Shown here piece after piece: positions 24,851-38,900 of a stretch of DNA of 64,000 bases. Where the stretch lies: positions 127,348,001 through 127,412,000 of the forward strand of contig JBITNC010000001.1 of assembly GCA_050084985.1 (NCBI GenBank), in the 5' to 3' direction. The notes beneath the pieces are model-generated. The model was given only the letters and a program-made list of their open reading frames with translations, was not told the DNA's origin and did no database searches. The translations under genes and the position numbers were made by a program. This DNA is from Nageia nagi. Lineage: Eukaryota; Plantae; Pinophyta. Numbering within the stretch: position 1 is the first letter of the stretch; the number at the start of each line of letters is the position of its first letter.

Positions 24851-26877
24851 GTTTCTCTTTTTTTTATGCAAGGACCCTAGCATCGATGCTCTTTTATAGA
24901 CATGCATTATGGTGGTTCTTGTGTCGATAAAAGGAGATACGGTAACATGGGAAGACTATTATATTTTAATCTCGATAATCAAGTTCAAACACTAAAAAAG
25001 CTAAGGTGTCTCTCGACACCACCTATTGAGATTGGGATATGTTATTACATGAGCATTTATCATTCATATTTCGCTATTTAGGCATGTTACATTTATCATG
25101 TTATTAGGAATATGGATTGCAAAGAATAATTTGCAAGAGCCATAGCATCGACGTTGTCAATAGTCCCTATGTTGACTTAGGTGTCTATGCTAGTTTGTAA
25201 CCATGAATTGGAGACATCCAATTCATCGTTATAATAAGGATATTCTTAAATTCTTAAGTTTGATAAAGCAATTAAGAACCAACCTAACAACATAACCTTT
25301 GTATGATTTCTGCTTGCTTGTTGCCATGTATATCTAATGGATGAGAGTTATAATTAGTTTAACTCAATTAATAACATAAGTGTCTCTGATTGCAGTATTC
25401 TTGAGATGAATAAATATACAAATATTACTTATCTTCTTTGCTACAAAATCTAACTTTAGAAACTTAGATCTTCATTATCAAAATATTATAAAACTTCAAT
25501 TAGGTACGTATATATTTTCTTGGTGTTTGTAGATCACAAAAGAATATAGGAAAAGGGTACTATGTGACAACAATCCTCCTATAAAATTACTTTTAATTGT
25601 TGGAAACTTAATATGCTCCATATTATGCTCATCTTTCAAATATTTATAATGAAGCGAGTAGCTAAAAAGATGTTCAAAGATTAAAGATATTTATGAATTA
25701 TAGTTGGATTGATGTTGACAAAAAAGAGTATACGCTTATCTTGTAGGATATAGATCATGCCTCCAAACACATGAGATCTATGGAAGATTGGATGAATTAA
25801 TAAGTGTGAAGAACGCAATGAGATACATACCCAAAATAATGCTTGTGTTACAAGACATGAAGATTGAAGTTAAAGAATTGTTTCTTTGTTAGCATGTCGA
25901 ACAATTTGGCAATTACAATCAAAATTAAACTAACCCATGTACTTATGTTACAACAGAACAAACTTAACCACTTACTCATGAATATAAAATGAAACATCAT
26001 CCTTTAGACTATGATAATTTCAATTTTCTAAAGACATGAATTTTCCACAATAGGTGTTGATAATGTTTCAGCAAAACAATAGACAACAAATGTAGTCCAA
26101 TTAGATCATTTCACCTACCAACGTCCTAAAGATATGTACCGAGATGGGAGATACACAATAGGGTTAATACACAGACCAAAGACTCTTTAATAAGCAAATT
26201 TTAGTCATGTTGAGGTTAAGAATGCCTTATGGATATACAAGTTAAGCTTGAGGTCATGCAAAAAGTCATGCATTGCTAGTATACATAACAAAGATTTACC
26301 ATTTCATGGAATTCATTGACTGCATGTTACATAGCATGGGCTTACGAGGGAGCTTCTAGAGATTTTTGACCAAAATAAAATAAAATGAGTTCATTTTAAC
26401 CAACTTTGTTATTCTATATACTAGCTCAACCTTATTGGAAATTTGGTGTTGACATTCATCAAAATAAAAATAATAATAAATGGTTTTCATTATGATATTG
26501 CATTGAAAGCTTAAATAGATATACATACAAAATGCCACCACAAATATTCTAGTTATTATGAAAATAATAAATGAGCAAGAAAGAGACAACCTAAAAAAGT
26601 TCAACATAAGAGTCTTCTTCTCAAGCGATGAGGTCTCTTGGAATCTCCTCCTTTTCAACCAATTTTTCCATGAAACCATTCTCATCCCTCCTTCTCCATT
26701 GATTTTTAACACAATTAAATAGGTATAAAAAGGTTTCCACTAAGAAGGGGTCCTTTTTACTATTCCTAGGTCTCCTATTCATCATCCACCTTAACCCAAA
26801 AAGTATGGTTGACAAAGCAATAATAATTCTTCACTTTTAATTTAAATAACAATAATTTTATATATTTATTATTATTA

Positions 26878-27151
26878 TTTTTTGTTGGATAAACCATCCC
26901 ATGAGAGAGAATTTTTGTCCCCTAATATAGGGCACCGTTTATATTGGGCTTCGAGCTAACAACTAAGGGGCATCCACACCATCAAAATCCACCAAGGGCA
27001 TGATCCGTGCCTCATTCGCACCTAGCATAACTCGATAGGATTCTAGATACTATGCATATGAGGGGGAGAGATTTGAACCTGGAGACTCCCTTTTTTCCAC
27101 TTGGGAGTTTTAACAACTCGCTTTCTCACCAACTACCCTCACAACTATTGG
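26878..27151 (-). mobile_element. tRNA-derived SINE
   Basis: Minus strand A-box-like gtagttggt and B-box GGTTCAAATC (27070-27079); A-rich tail; flanking direct repeat tatttattattatt. Confidence 0.7.
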
Positions 27152-28269
27152 TATTTATTATTATTTTCATTATATCTATTCTATAATAGACATTTTTTCA
27201 ATAATAAATAATAGTACATTTAATGTTAAATGTACATTAACCGTTAAATATTGAACCATCAAATTTATTTGACTATTTAATTAATATCATGATCTTATAA
27301 AATAAATATACTTACCTTGATTTTATTTCCTACAGATGTACACAATGATATTAGTGAACCTACACAAATCACAAGAGTCAACATCAATCAAAAAAACATG
27401 CAATGCATCATGCGACTATATGATCCATGTTATCTATATGGATTATCGACAATGTTATCAACCATTACATTAATATCTCAAACTTCAATGGTCTACTAGG
27501 TACTGCCAAGTGAAACTCGATAACGACATCAAATCCAATAAAATATCATATAACATCATAAATAAATATTCATAATATATATATATATATATATTCAATT
27601 TAGTTTATGATTTATATTGATACCTAAATATTTGTAAGAGTGAACCATCTCTTAGGGTTGATTATTAAAGAAGATTGTAGGGTGGGTTATCTATTTAGTT
27701 TTATTTGCATTAATTCTTAATCCAATAAATTGTAAAATATTTGAAGGATATTTGATTATTTAATAATATCATCATGATGTTTAGCTAACAAGATAATATC
27801 ATTTGCATTGAGGAGGAGAAGAACAATAACGAGATTACGAAGGTTGGTGCCTACGCATCTAGCTTCTTCAAAAACCATTTCTAGTTGGTTTATGTAAATG
27901 CCAAATAGAGTAGAAGAAAGTGGGCAACCTTATTTAAATCCAATGCTGCAACTAATTTCCTTATACAACATAAATATCCATGTATATGAATTGAAAAAAT
28001 GTATGACTTGAAATATAAATATCTTTTACTATATATTTACACCAATCTTGCACAAATATCATATACAAAGTACAAGATGAATGATTGATTCAACAAGCTT
28101 AAATTTATATATAACATCATCTATTTTTTTTTTCATAAATAAATCAAAGTAATATATAAAATAATAGTTTCAAATATCAAACATATTATGTATATATAAG
28201 TTTTCAACTTATATACATGTATATATCAAGAAATGCAAATCTTAATGTATACATCATTATAATCATAAT

Positions 28270-28521
28270 ATATATATATTGTTGAAAAAATGAGTTTGCA
28301 TTAAAGAGAGTTGATGAAAAGTGTTAAAAGAAGTATCCAGTATGTGTAGGGGAGTTGGAGAGAGGGGTAGCTAAAAACTCTCAAATGGATAATATATATA
28401 TATATATATTGTTGAAAAAATGAGTTTGCATTAAAGAGAGTTGATGAAAAGTGTTAAAAGAAGTATCCAGTATGTGTAGGGGAGTTGGAGAGAGGGGTAG
28501 CTAAAAACTCTCAAGTGGATA
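28270..28521 (+). repeat. Near-perfect 130-bp tandem duplication
   Basis: gttgaaaaaatgagtttg...aaaaactctcaa starts at both 28281 and 28411; each copy is preceded by a (TA)n tract. Confidence 0.9.
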
Positions 28522-28642
28522 ATGAGAGACCCTAGTTTCAAATCTCTCCCTTCACATGTAGGTGGATATGTAATACATGATGAATGCCAATATACCTCGC
28601 ACAAACTTGTAATTCATCAAAAAAAAATCATAATATATTTAA
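28463..28642 (+). mobile_element. tRNA-derived SINE related to 26878-27151
   Basis: Shared head (agttgg...aaaactc.caagtgga...TTCAAATCtctccc; B-box 28535-28544), poly(A), and 16-bp TSD aaaagtgttaaaagaa at 28447-28462 and 28643-28658. Confidence 0.7.
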
Positions 28643-28859
28643 AAAAGTGTTAAAAGAATTGAAGAAAAGAGAACGCTAAAATTTATTGTAAAATAAGAAG
28701 CCTAGTGTTCCCTACCTCAAGAGTATTGAAATATAGGAGGCTGAAGTATAAAATCTGCCTCTAAAGTATGAAGAATAAAAGACTAACGTGTGAAAATTTT
28801 ATCTAAGTCTATTTCTAGAATGTAAAAGATAGAAAAGTTAGTGTAAGATGTTAAAAATA

Positions 28860-29225
28860 AGAGATATGAGGTTCAATCTGTCTACGTCTAAAATGTGGAA
28901 AATCAGAATAAAAAGTATACAAATCCCAAACAACATGTATCGAGAGTGCGAAAGATAAAGAAGGCTAGAGTGGAAGATACGAAAGATAGAAAGCTGGAGT
29001 GTGAAATGTGAGAAATAAAAGATACCAGGTTCAAATCAATCTACCTGTAGAACATGAAAAATCAGAGAAAAAAAAAACGTACAAATCCCAAACCATCTAT
29101 TTCTTTCTAAAGTCTAAAAGATAAAAACTAAAGTATGAAATGTGGAAGATAAGAAATATCAAGTTGAAATCCGTAGACTTCTAGAATCTGAAAAATCAGA
29201 ATAAAAACATACAAATCTGAACTAC
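28860..29225 (+). repeat. Three degenerate ~135-160 bp tandem units upstream of the protease gene
   Basis: ggttcaa(a)tc...gaaaatcaga.aaaaa..tacaaatc at ~28870, 29027 and 29162. Confidence 0.65.
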
Positions 29226-29780
29226 TTTTCTAAAGGAGATAGGTACCACAGAACCTGCAGCTTCCCTTGATAGACGGAAAATATCATCTTCATCATGCAT
29301 TCTGCAAGTCCAGAGCCCCACTTGCAAATGTGGACACACAAGTTTTAGTCCGTAATTGTCCTTTCACTACTCTGTCATGCATAATGGATCATCCTCAACG
29401 TCACCCTCTGTACTGTTTGATCCCACCTTTGTTTTTATTCAGCCCATAGTCCTCCTTTTTTCCACTAATTGAGGCGGCGATTGGTCCATCTGCAGTACAG
29501 AAATTGGCCATGCTCGACCAACGAAACGGCTTCCCACCATGACCAGAAGCCCAAAACAATGTTCACTTTCCAACTAACACCCACTATCCCACTCGTGAAC
29601 TCTTCAGTCAGGCGCGCAGTAATGAAAACAAGAAATGGGACCTGCAGATTCTGACGTGAAGCATCTGCTACAGTTCTGCCAAATTATTGTTAATACCCAG
29701 TACCCACTGCATTCGAAACACAATCCTCTCATTAATTACAGAATCTAACCTCTCTAGAAATCAATAGCCTGCTAATAAAA

Positions 29781-31336
29781 ATGGCCACAGCAACTCGCTG
29801 TACATTTTCGATACTCCTGATCTGTCTAAGTCTACTGCTGTCTGAAGCCCAAACTCGTTATCACACCCTCCAGGTCGATATCTTCAGGCGAAACCACCAA
29901 GAAGAAGTCGCCAACTGCCCGACTTCTCTGACAGGTTAGCTCACATTATATAGAAATTTTTTACACTTTCAGAAATTTTCAGGAACCCAAAATCAACGTT
30001 TCTGTATATTTAGTTCTGCTGTACGATTCGTTCGCAGGAGTGCAGTCCCAAGTCCGTGGTTCGAACCCCGGGGAGCAAGGATCCAATATTTCTCTCTTCC
30101 ACGGCATCTGCTCGCGGCCTGTGAATTCAACCTGGGAGAATCTCATCTCGCAGAGGCTAGAACAAGATGATCTCCGTCTCAAGACCATCTTGTCCCGGAA
30201 AAACAATTCCGGCGACGCTGCTACGGCTTCCGATGTCGACCTCCCGCTCAAATCCGGCACACAATTCGACACCGGGAACTACATAGTATCAGTCGGATTC
30301 GGCACACCGTCTAAAGATTATCTGCTCACAATCGACACCGGCAGCGACATTACGTGGATGCAATGCAAGCCCTGCTCCACCATAAATTCTTGCTATTCCC
30401 AGGTCGATCCCATCTTCGACCCGCAGCAAAGCTCGTCCTACAAAACCCTTCCCTGTGTTTCCACAGAATGCGCCAAGCTCACGGTTTCGTCAACTTTCAC
30501 GCCCTGTTTGCTGGGAACCTGCGTGTACGAGGTTCGATACGGAGACGGATCCAGAACGGAGGGGGATTTTAGCAGAGAAAGTATCAAAATGGGTCCGGAT
30601 TCCTTCCCAAACTTCGCCTTCGGCTGCGGCCACACAAATACAGGGCTTTTCAAGGGCTCCGCCGGGCTTCTCGGTCTGGGCCGCAATAGCCTAGCTTTCC
30701 CCGCACAGACGGCTTCGAAATACGGGGGCAGTTTTCCTACTGCGTCCCGGACTTCTCAGCCACTTCCTCCGCCGGTTCTCTCAGCTTCGGCCGCGGTTCG
30801 ATTCCAGCCGCGGCGGTCACCACTCCTCTTCTCTCAAGCATTTTATATCCCCCTTCTATTTCGTTGGGTTAGAAGGCATCAGCGTCGGAGGCCAGCGGCT
30901 CCCTTTAACGCCATCGGTTTTCCGCACGACAATCACAGGCGGGGGCACCATTTTGGACTCCGGAACCATCATAACCCGGCTGGTTCCGCAGGCTTACGAT
31001 GCTCTGAAGGCTTCTTTCAGGAAGAAAGCCTCGGATCTTCCCCCCGCCAAGGGTTTTTCGATCCTGGACACTTGCTATGATTTGTCCAAGTACAAGAATG
31101 TGAAGATTCCGACCATCACATTTCATTATGGGAATAATGCGAATGTGGATGTGAGCAGCGTCGGGATTCTGATTGCTGCGAAGAATGATTTGACGCAGGT
31201 GTGCTTGGCCTTCGCATCTACATCTCAGACCGATGATCTCAACATAATCGGGAACTTCCAGCAGCAGAGAATGAGAATTGCTTACGATATGGCTGGCCGA
31301 AAAATCGGATTCAAGGCTGAATCTTGCAGTGCCTGA
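29781..31336 (+). CDS. Secreted A1-family aspartic protease (nepenthesin/AED1/ASPG-like). Exons 29781-29934 and 30038-31336; two apparent -1 frameshifts
   Basis: Signal peptide MATATRCTFSILLICLSLLLSEA; phase-1 GT-AG intron 29935-30037. Motifs GNYIVSVGFGTP, catalytic DTGS, Cys-rich QCKPC..CY.Q.DPIFDP insert, FAFGCG, second catalytic DSGT, and IIGNFQQQ..YD. About 484 aa after restoring 2 nt. Confidence 0.92.
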
Positions 31337-34300
31337 AGATTTGAAAAATTCACCGAAAAACCGAGTCCATCCCGATTCCGTAGCTCTTCCAGTTCCAGCT
31401 GCTGATAATTTACAGCAACCAGAGCATAGCACTACCCTGTTTTGCTTTTAAATCTTGGTAATATAACTTTCTGTTAAAAAAAAAAGCCAAAAATCAAAAA
31501 ATAATAGAATGATAGAATTTGAATTTGATTAAAATTTAATATTTATTTTAAAAGTTTGGATAGTGTGAAAAATCTCTTTCAGCCTAAGGTCAAGAGTTAA
31601 GTTGGGAGGAAGAGTGAAACCTTAAATCACTGCCTTGTTCTCTTCAAGACATTAATATTTAATATTGTTATTATTATAAATGTGGGATGTTTGATGTTTT
31701 ATAAAGATATCTGATAAACACTTAAATTTTAGATTTATAATTTTTTTGTTTATTTGTTTAATATAGAAAGTATTTTTTAATTTGTTTTATAATAGAAATT
31801 TTTTATTATACTAGAGAGATTAGTAATTTATTATAACTCATTTACAACATGTTTCATCTTAAATTTTGTTTTTTGTAATTCTTATAATTTTTAGTTGTGT
31901 CAAGATAAATCTTTTCAACATAATAAATAGCATTGAACAAACTTCGAACATAAATCTCCACATTCAAATTGAATCAAAAATCATTTTAGTATATAATAAC
32001 GATGTAGACAATAATGATCAAGTATATTCTTTTTATATAATTTCTATAAATAATTATTTATTCAATGCACTTAATAAATCTTGTCTTTCTACATGCATTG
32101 ACATGATCTTGAAAATGTATAAACTATCAAATATACAATCATGTGTCATTAGTAATATAAAATCATATGTAAATCAACCTAAAACAATCAAACAAAAAAA
32201 TTCATACTATTATAGGCTAATGTGAGATTTTTAACATCCTAGTTCCATATTAGAAAAATAAGATTGCAATAAATAATGTATAATGAAATAAATTCGTAAA
32301 TTATAAATTTGATATTTTAAAGATATAAATACATTTTTTTTTAATTATCACTTTTACCATTTTAAGATGAGTCAAGTCAAAGTAAGATACATTCAATCTC
32401 AAAAGACTAAAAGTAGAAAAAAAAATATTATGTTTACCCTTTTAACTCTTCCTACCTTAGTCCTATAAAATCTAGTAGACAATAGTATATTAGTAGGAAA
32501 TTTGTGAAGATTTATGCATAATCATTTATAAACATAAAAGTTAAGACTCCATGTATTATTAGATTCTACCATTACTGATGAAAACTTGAAGTGGTGATAT
32601 TCAAATGAAAATGGCATATAATTAATTATTGATCTCATAAAATATATATATCTTAGTATGACTTGTTATAAAATTTTAAATAAATATTTAAGAAATAATA
32701 TTAATAACGAATGTAATAAAAGCCATACAATGATGAACTATATTATTTGTGTTAATGAAAATAAGGATGAACAAAAACTAAGTTTTTGAAGGTACGAAAG
32801 GATAGGTCATGTTAATGATCATGTTGCTTATGCTAAAGTATATCATACAATGTTGCCCTTATAAAAGCATGATGGTGAGTGATGAGTAATGCTAAAATAA
32901 TTTTCCTTGTCAAAGTAATGTTAATATAGGATAATATTCTATTTTGAAGTATGGTGCAAAAGAGAAATGATATGATAATATGATTAAACAACCAATATAG
33001 TGATAGTGAATACCAAGTAAATAAATTATAAATAGATAAATTTCTTTTAATATTCTTTTAAAGCCATTTGTTTGTAGGAACTATCAAAGTTTGTCCACAA
33101 GTAAATATATATCAATTAAGTATTTAAATGATTATTTCTTATATAAAGAAAAATATTAAACCATACACAGATATTCCAAAAAAAACAAGAATACTATGAA
33201 GGACAATTGACCATGATCACTCACACCCATCCATTAAAAATAAATCATTAAAATAAAATTCTACAACCAGATCAATCACAATATGATGAATATGTTTATC
33301 AAAACCTCCAAACAATGACAAGTTGGGAAAGAAGTGAGTGTGAAGGCACCCACATTGAACATCTTTAATCCCAACCCCTATAGTGGTCATATAAAAACTC
33401 TTTATAGGTGTTACAAATTAATAGGTTTAAAGGATATTAAATGTTGACTTTACATTTATTAGTGTTTGATAAAATATTAAAAAAAAAAATCATGAAACAA
33501 GGAGTAAGGTATTCACTATCGGCTTGAAAAGAGGGAATATGTTATTATCCTGACATCAAGGAATCCATTATCGATCCAATTGGAGGTAATCCATTGGTTT
33601 CTCGACATTAGGAAATCCATGCCCGTTTAGGTATGTATACCCATTATTGATTATTAAATATAGGTTGATGATAAATGCAGCATCTAAACTCTCCCTTCTT
33701 ATGAAGCCCCAACCTTAACCTTACACTAACATCAAGGAATTCGATTACAAACAGGGAAGAAGCTAAGCACCCATCCACCAAGGCTTATTCTTGATATTTT
33801 TAAGCATGTTTAAGCCATAGTGAGATTGACAAGTAACAAAGTGTATTTAGATGAGTTCAAGAAGATGGCTCGTAAAGGAAAGCAAAAATTGGAGGATACT
33901 AAAAGTTATGGAAATAAGCATATGGATATCTTTGAGAGTTAGAAGGACGTCATACATAGAGATGAAGTTCCCCATCATATACAAATATCAATGAAAGAGT
34001 AAGATATAATCAAGGTGGAGTCGAACCCCAAACGTTGACACCTAATTTTGGTCCACCTAAGGTGATCCCACTTAGGTATTTTATCATACTAATTTTATAT
34101 CATATTATTAGTATTTTCTTGATCCTTTCTCATACAATATTATTCTTTTATGTGATAGGTATCTCAACATCAATGCTAGCCTTTCTAAAGAGAAATTGGA
34201 GGATGTCTTACATATGAGGGTAAGTATGATTACAAGGAAATTTATCAAGATTTTAATCTCTATAGCAAGTACCACTTCAAAGTTTAGGTGTTTCTTAATG

Positions 34301-35749
34301 TCATTTATTGAGATTGGGATCTTGTTATCATGGGCATATTTATTATTCCATATTCCATAATTATATATTTTGTTTGACTTATCGATTGTCTACTATGCTT
34401 TGGATGTTACTTGAAAACTTTGCTTCTTTGAATGCCTAACATTTGCATTGCCCCATTGGTCAGAATTTTCCTCCTATTTCATTCAAAGAATATCTTATTG
34501 CAAAATTAAGTGATGGGGAGATCTTCAGAAAGGTCATGGGTTCTAGAGAAAATAGGTATAGGTTTGTCAAGTTACTTAATGAGTTCACTATTGCAGAAAA
34601 GGAATTCATTATTAAAATCATTGAAGAAGATGAGGGAGTGGTTAAATAATGAAATTTATGGCATACTAAGTATTTTCAAGGGCATAGGCTTACTAATGAT
34701 ATGATTATTACTCTAGGAGAACCAAATTTGGGATTCTTCACATACATAACCAAAGTTGCATAGAATATGAGGCCTTTCAATATAGAAAATCCTAGTGTGC
34801 ATGCTCATATTAATATTGATGTCCATAATAGCATTGATATTAAAGAACAAATTACCAATGGCGAGATGGCTTCATTAGTAATTCCCGAATCTATAGTAAA
34901 GGATATTTGTAAACAAGAAAAAGACACATTTGTTGTTAAACATAGCATGGATGTTATTCCCTATGCAACATTAAAAGAATTGCTTCATCATGAGGCTTAA
35001 GAAGATTTAATTTGGAATATATTAATTATCACATAGAGCATCTACCATTAGAAAAATAATTAGTTACTCAAGTTAGTGATATTGAGGAACTTGATGAGGT
35101 GGGTGATGAATTAGTTAAAGATGAATGTGCTTCAAAAGATCCAATAAAGTACATAGAGATTAATAAGGTTATGGAAGAATTTGATATGCCATTCTCATAT
35201 TGGTTAGAAGAAGATAATATAATCAAATCAATATTTTTCCATTCCAAAGAAATAGTTGAAGTTACTACAATGGATATACCTCAAAAATTACATATTATAG
35301 GGGATGGATTCAGAAGGTAAAGAATGATTATAGAAAAAAATAGGAATATTTCAACCAATGAATAAATAACCTATTCCTTGTGCCATGACAGTTCATGATG
35401 AAAGATAAGAACAATGAAAAAAACTCGATGAATTACTAGTTCAAGCAATGCAACCCACCTTCTATTAGACTCAAGAGGAGGAAGACATTAAGTGTGAAAA
35501 ACTATTGAAGTGTAACAAAGAAAATTTGATCAAATTGTCTTACAAGGATATGGAATAGTATGTTAATACTACATTAAAAAATATATGTGTGATATAGATA
35601 CATGGAGTGTAGCCTTTGAGTATGTTAGACCACACAATTATATTCTAACATATGATGAAGGATAGAGTTAAGGTCAAGCACACAAGGTAGTTCAAGAACC
35701 TATTCAAGAAATGATTGGTACACCAATTTAAAAAATATGCCTAAAGCAA

Positions 35750-36990
35750 TACATAATGATGTGACGAAGGCAAATTTTGATTAGCTTGAGAAAAATATAA
35801 CAAAATTAGAAATGGCACAAGGTTTATAGTTGCAAAATAATGGAGAGAATAATCCCCTATGCATGAGAATTGGAATAAAGGTGTTGAATACAAAGAAGGC
35901 TCTCAAATTTTTAAAATATGATAGTACTATCCATGTTTTCATTTGTGCATCTATTTTGTTGAGGTATCATTAATTACTATGGATGAAGATTTGCATGCTA
36001 AGTTATTTCCTTTATCATTAATAGGATAAGCTTTATCATGGTTCAATAGGATACCTCATGCTAGTATTAAAGATTTTGGACAACTCAAATTAGTTTTTAT
36101 AGCTTTTATCAAGTAAGTAAGTATATATATATATAAGGAGATCACATTATATGATTTAATGAGCATCAAATAGAAGAAAGGATAGTCAATTAAGTCATTA
36201 ATCAAATATTGGACAAGAATGACTAACCAAGTATACATGGATGATAACACAAAAATTGTAGCCTTTGTTGAGTCTCTTCAGAAGAAATATAAAGTTGAAT
36301 GCTTCAAATGTAGTAAGTTACCATTGGAAAATTTTCTTCATTCTATGATTGATAAAGAGATATTTTATGTCAGATGTAGTGTATGGAAACAAGAAATGAA
36401 ACAAATAAGAGACAATACACCACCTATACCTCAAGTAAGATTTAAGAAATAATCTAAAAAAGAATACATGGTGGTAGCTAAACTATATTAATTTGATTAA
36501 TCCTAATAAGCAAGTAGTAGTTCCAAATCAAAATGAAAATAAAATTGAAAAGCAAGAAGATAAATCAATATATATGAAATATCAATCCTTCCCCATAAGA
36601 AAGTTCATGTTAATATATGAAGATATTGATGAAGTGGTCAAGACCCTATTCAAGAGAAAGTTGCTTGAGAAACCATCAAGACCTCAAATTCAATCTTCTT
36701 TTAAAGTAGGAGTTCCAAGTGAGTATAAGTTAGATAAGTTTTATGAATATCACCAATAGAAATGGCATGCAACTAGGTATTATGCACATACCATTACTCC
36801 ATAAGATTCAATATCTGATTGATCAAAAGAAGGTATTTTTTCTACCACCAAAGGATAAGAAGAGTTCTAAGGTTAAGGTAAAAATAAAGAATAAGCAAAA
36901 GTGGTTACAAGGACCTCAACATGAGAAAAATAAGAATATGGGGATCTTCAACAATCCTTTACCAGATTTTGTTAAGGCCATAACAAAGGA
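35750..36990 (+). mobile_element. Degenerate Tat/Ogre-like gypsy gag
   Basis: DEDLHAKLFPLSLIG*ALSWFNRIPHASIKDFGQLKLVF (~35980-36100) and FYEYHQ*KWH.T...LLHKIQYLID (Ogre/Tat-like knuckle). No pol follows. Confidence 0.7.
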
Positions 36991-38059
36991 GTCAACTGTT
37001 AAGTTTGTAAGTGGATTTCACAATTTTCACTGTATGCAACAAAAGGTACAAGAAGTTATTCATATCATTATCACTATTAGCTTCCTTATATATATAGTTT
37101 GTTTGTGTATTTATTTGTTTAGTTTAGTTTTTGTTTTCTTCTCATATTTGACATTAATATCATCTTTTGTATTTTATGTGATTTCATATTCTTTACAATT
37201 GTCCTCTAATTATGCATTTGTTATATGAGTTATACTTTTCTCTTACCTTTTATTCCTCAATGCTAATGCTTATCTTAGCATTTGCATTAGTCTTTATGTC
37301 TTTATTCAAAAAATGAATAGTTTTTTTACTTTCAAGAGTTGTGTTCAGTATTGGTTTCTTATTTAGTAAGAAAAACATGACATTGTACGACTTAATAATT
37401 TTTTATTTAATTCGTTGAGTAAATTTTTTTGGTCTATGATTTTTATTTTGTTTCTATATTTCTTTAGGAAGCAATATCTAAGGTACAAAGATCATGGCCA
37501 TAATCATTTTCCATCTACCTTGCCAGTGTTGGTTGTAGGCTACCTAAAACATTTATTGCATAGTCATCCTTTTATAAGTTTCATATCATGAATAAGTCAA
37601 TTTCCATGCATAATTATGAAACTTGGGATTAAGATGTTCAATTTGTCCTTATGGTCCTCATTTGGTCAAAATGTATAATTTTAAACATTATCAATCACAC
37701 TAATTCAATTTTGTAAAATTTGGATAGCATTTGCCTAGTATAGATGCATAATCTTAAGTTTGTTATTTTAGGCCATAGTAATGCCAATGTTGGTTCTAGT
37801 CCCACTTAAGAAATTTTTCTTTTTTTAAAATGTAACTTGTTCTAGTTTGGAATTTGGTTAAAGTTTTCATTTAAGCATTATTTGTTATGAACATAAAATT
37901 ATTTTACCTTTAGTGGTACTTTTCATTGTTATAAAATAAAAATTACAATTTATATAAGCATTGAAATCATAATTTGGTCCAACAAAGAGGCATTTCATAT
38001 TCGTATATAAAAAAGTTACATAGTCTTGTATAAAAGTCACTACAAATAGGTCCAATACA

Positions 38060-38900
38060 TCACTCCTTCCTTACACTGGCATGGTTGGTGGTGACACAGT
38101 CACTCCTAAAAGTCCTAGACCTAGATATGGTCCTACATAAATTAGGTCTCTTTACCCTAGTTTGCTCATCAAGTGCCACAAGTTGATATTGTAAGTGATC
38201 TTTCTCATTCAACAAACTCTCAAAGTGCTTTTCATGCTCAATAAATTCATCCATCATACCAATAAAGCCCTTATTTCCATGTGCTTATTATACTTTCCTT
38301 ATTATTTTTTATGCTTATTCTAAAATAATCAATTTGGTTTTAAACCCTTATAATTCTTGATCCTTTGTTGCTAATATGATTTTGAGATCTGAAATTTCAT
38401 CTTCTTTGTTTTTCTCTCATGTCCTCTCCACTTCTAAGTCTAACTTAGTTTGAGTTATGACACAAAAATATTTTTTAGTATATTTGCATATTTGTGGAAC
38501 TAACTTATAGGTATGGATGAGTTTACTTGCTGAGCTCATTCTCAAGATGTTGTTGTGCTTATGTGAATGGAATAGTCATGAGTGGATCATTAGTTCCATC
38601 TCCCTCTCCCTCTCCTTGGGTGTCTTCCTCTTTTTGTACATCTTCCTCATTATCTAAAAAATTTACATGGGATGGTTCATTACCTCCTTCCTCTTCTCCT
38701 GCATCTTCTTCCTCATCACCTACCTCGCTATCATACTTTGTTGCCTCTACCAATTCCTCCAAAGTGTAAACATCAAGTGTATTAGGTCTAGCATCTATCC
38801 ACCAAGATAGGTATGCTAGTTCAAATGGTGATCCATCATTTGCATTATCATCCTCTCCATCGTTATCACTACCTGAGCCATTATTCTAGGGTGCTTCCCA
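38060..38900 (-). pseudogene. Decayed acidic/coiled-coil antisense ORF, probably an accessory ORF of the Tat/Ogre-like element
   Basis: ORF pieces 38559-38762 (very E/D/G rich) and 38060-38257 lie antisense to and downstream of the gag remnant. Confidence 0.4.

Noticed and set aside
25550-26350. Coding-like decayed sequence
   Set aside because: No protein motif could be assigned.
30721-30855. Programmed ribosomal frameshifting in the protease
   Set aside because: Two shifts would be needed and there is no canonical slippery heptamer; sequencing error or mutation is far more parsimonious.
30905-31432. 175-aa antisense ORF and other ORFs overlapping the protease
   Set aside because: Shadow ORFs of GC-rich coding sequence.
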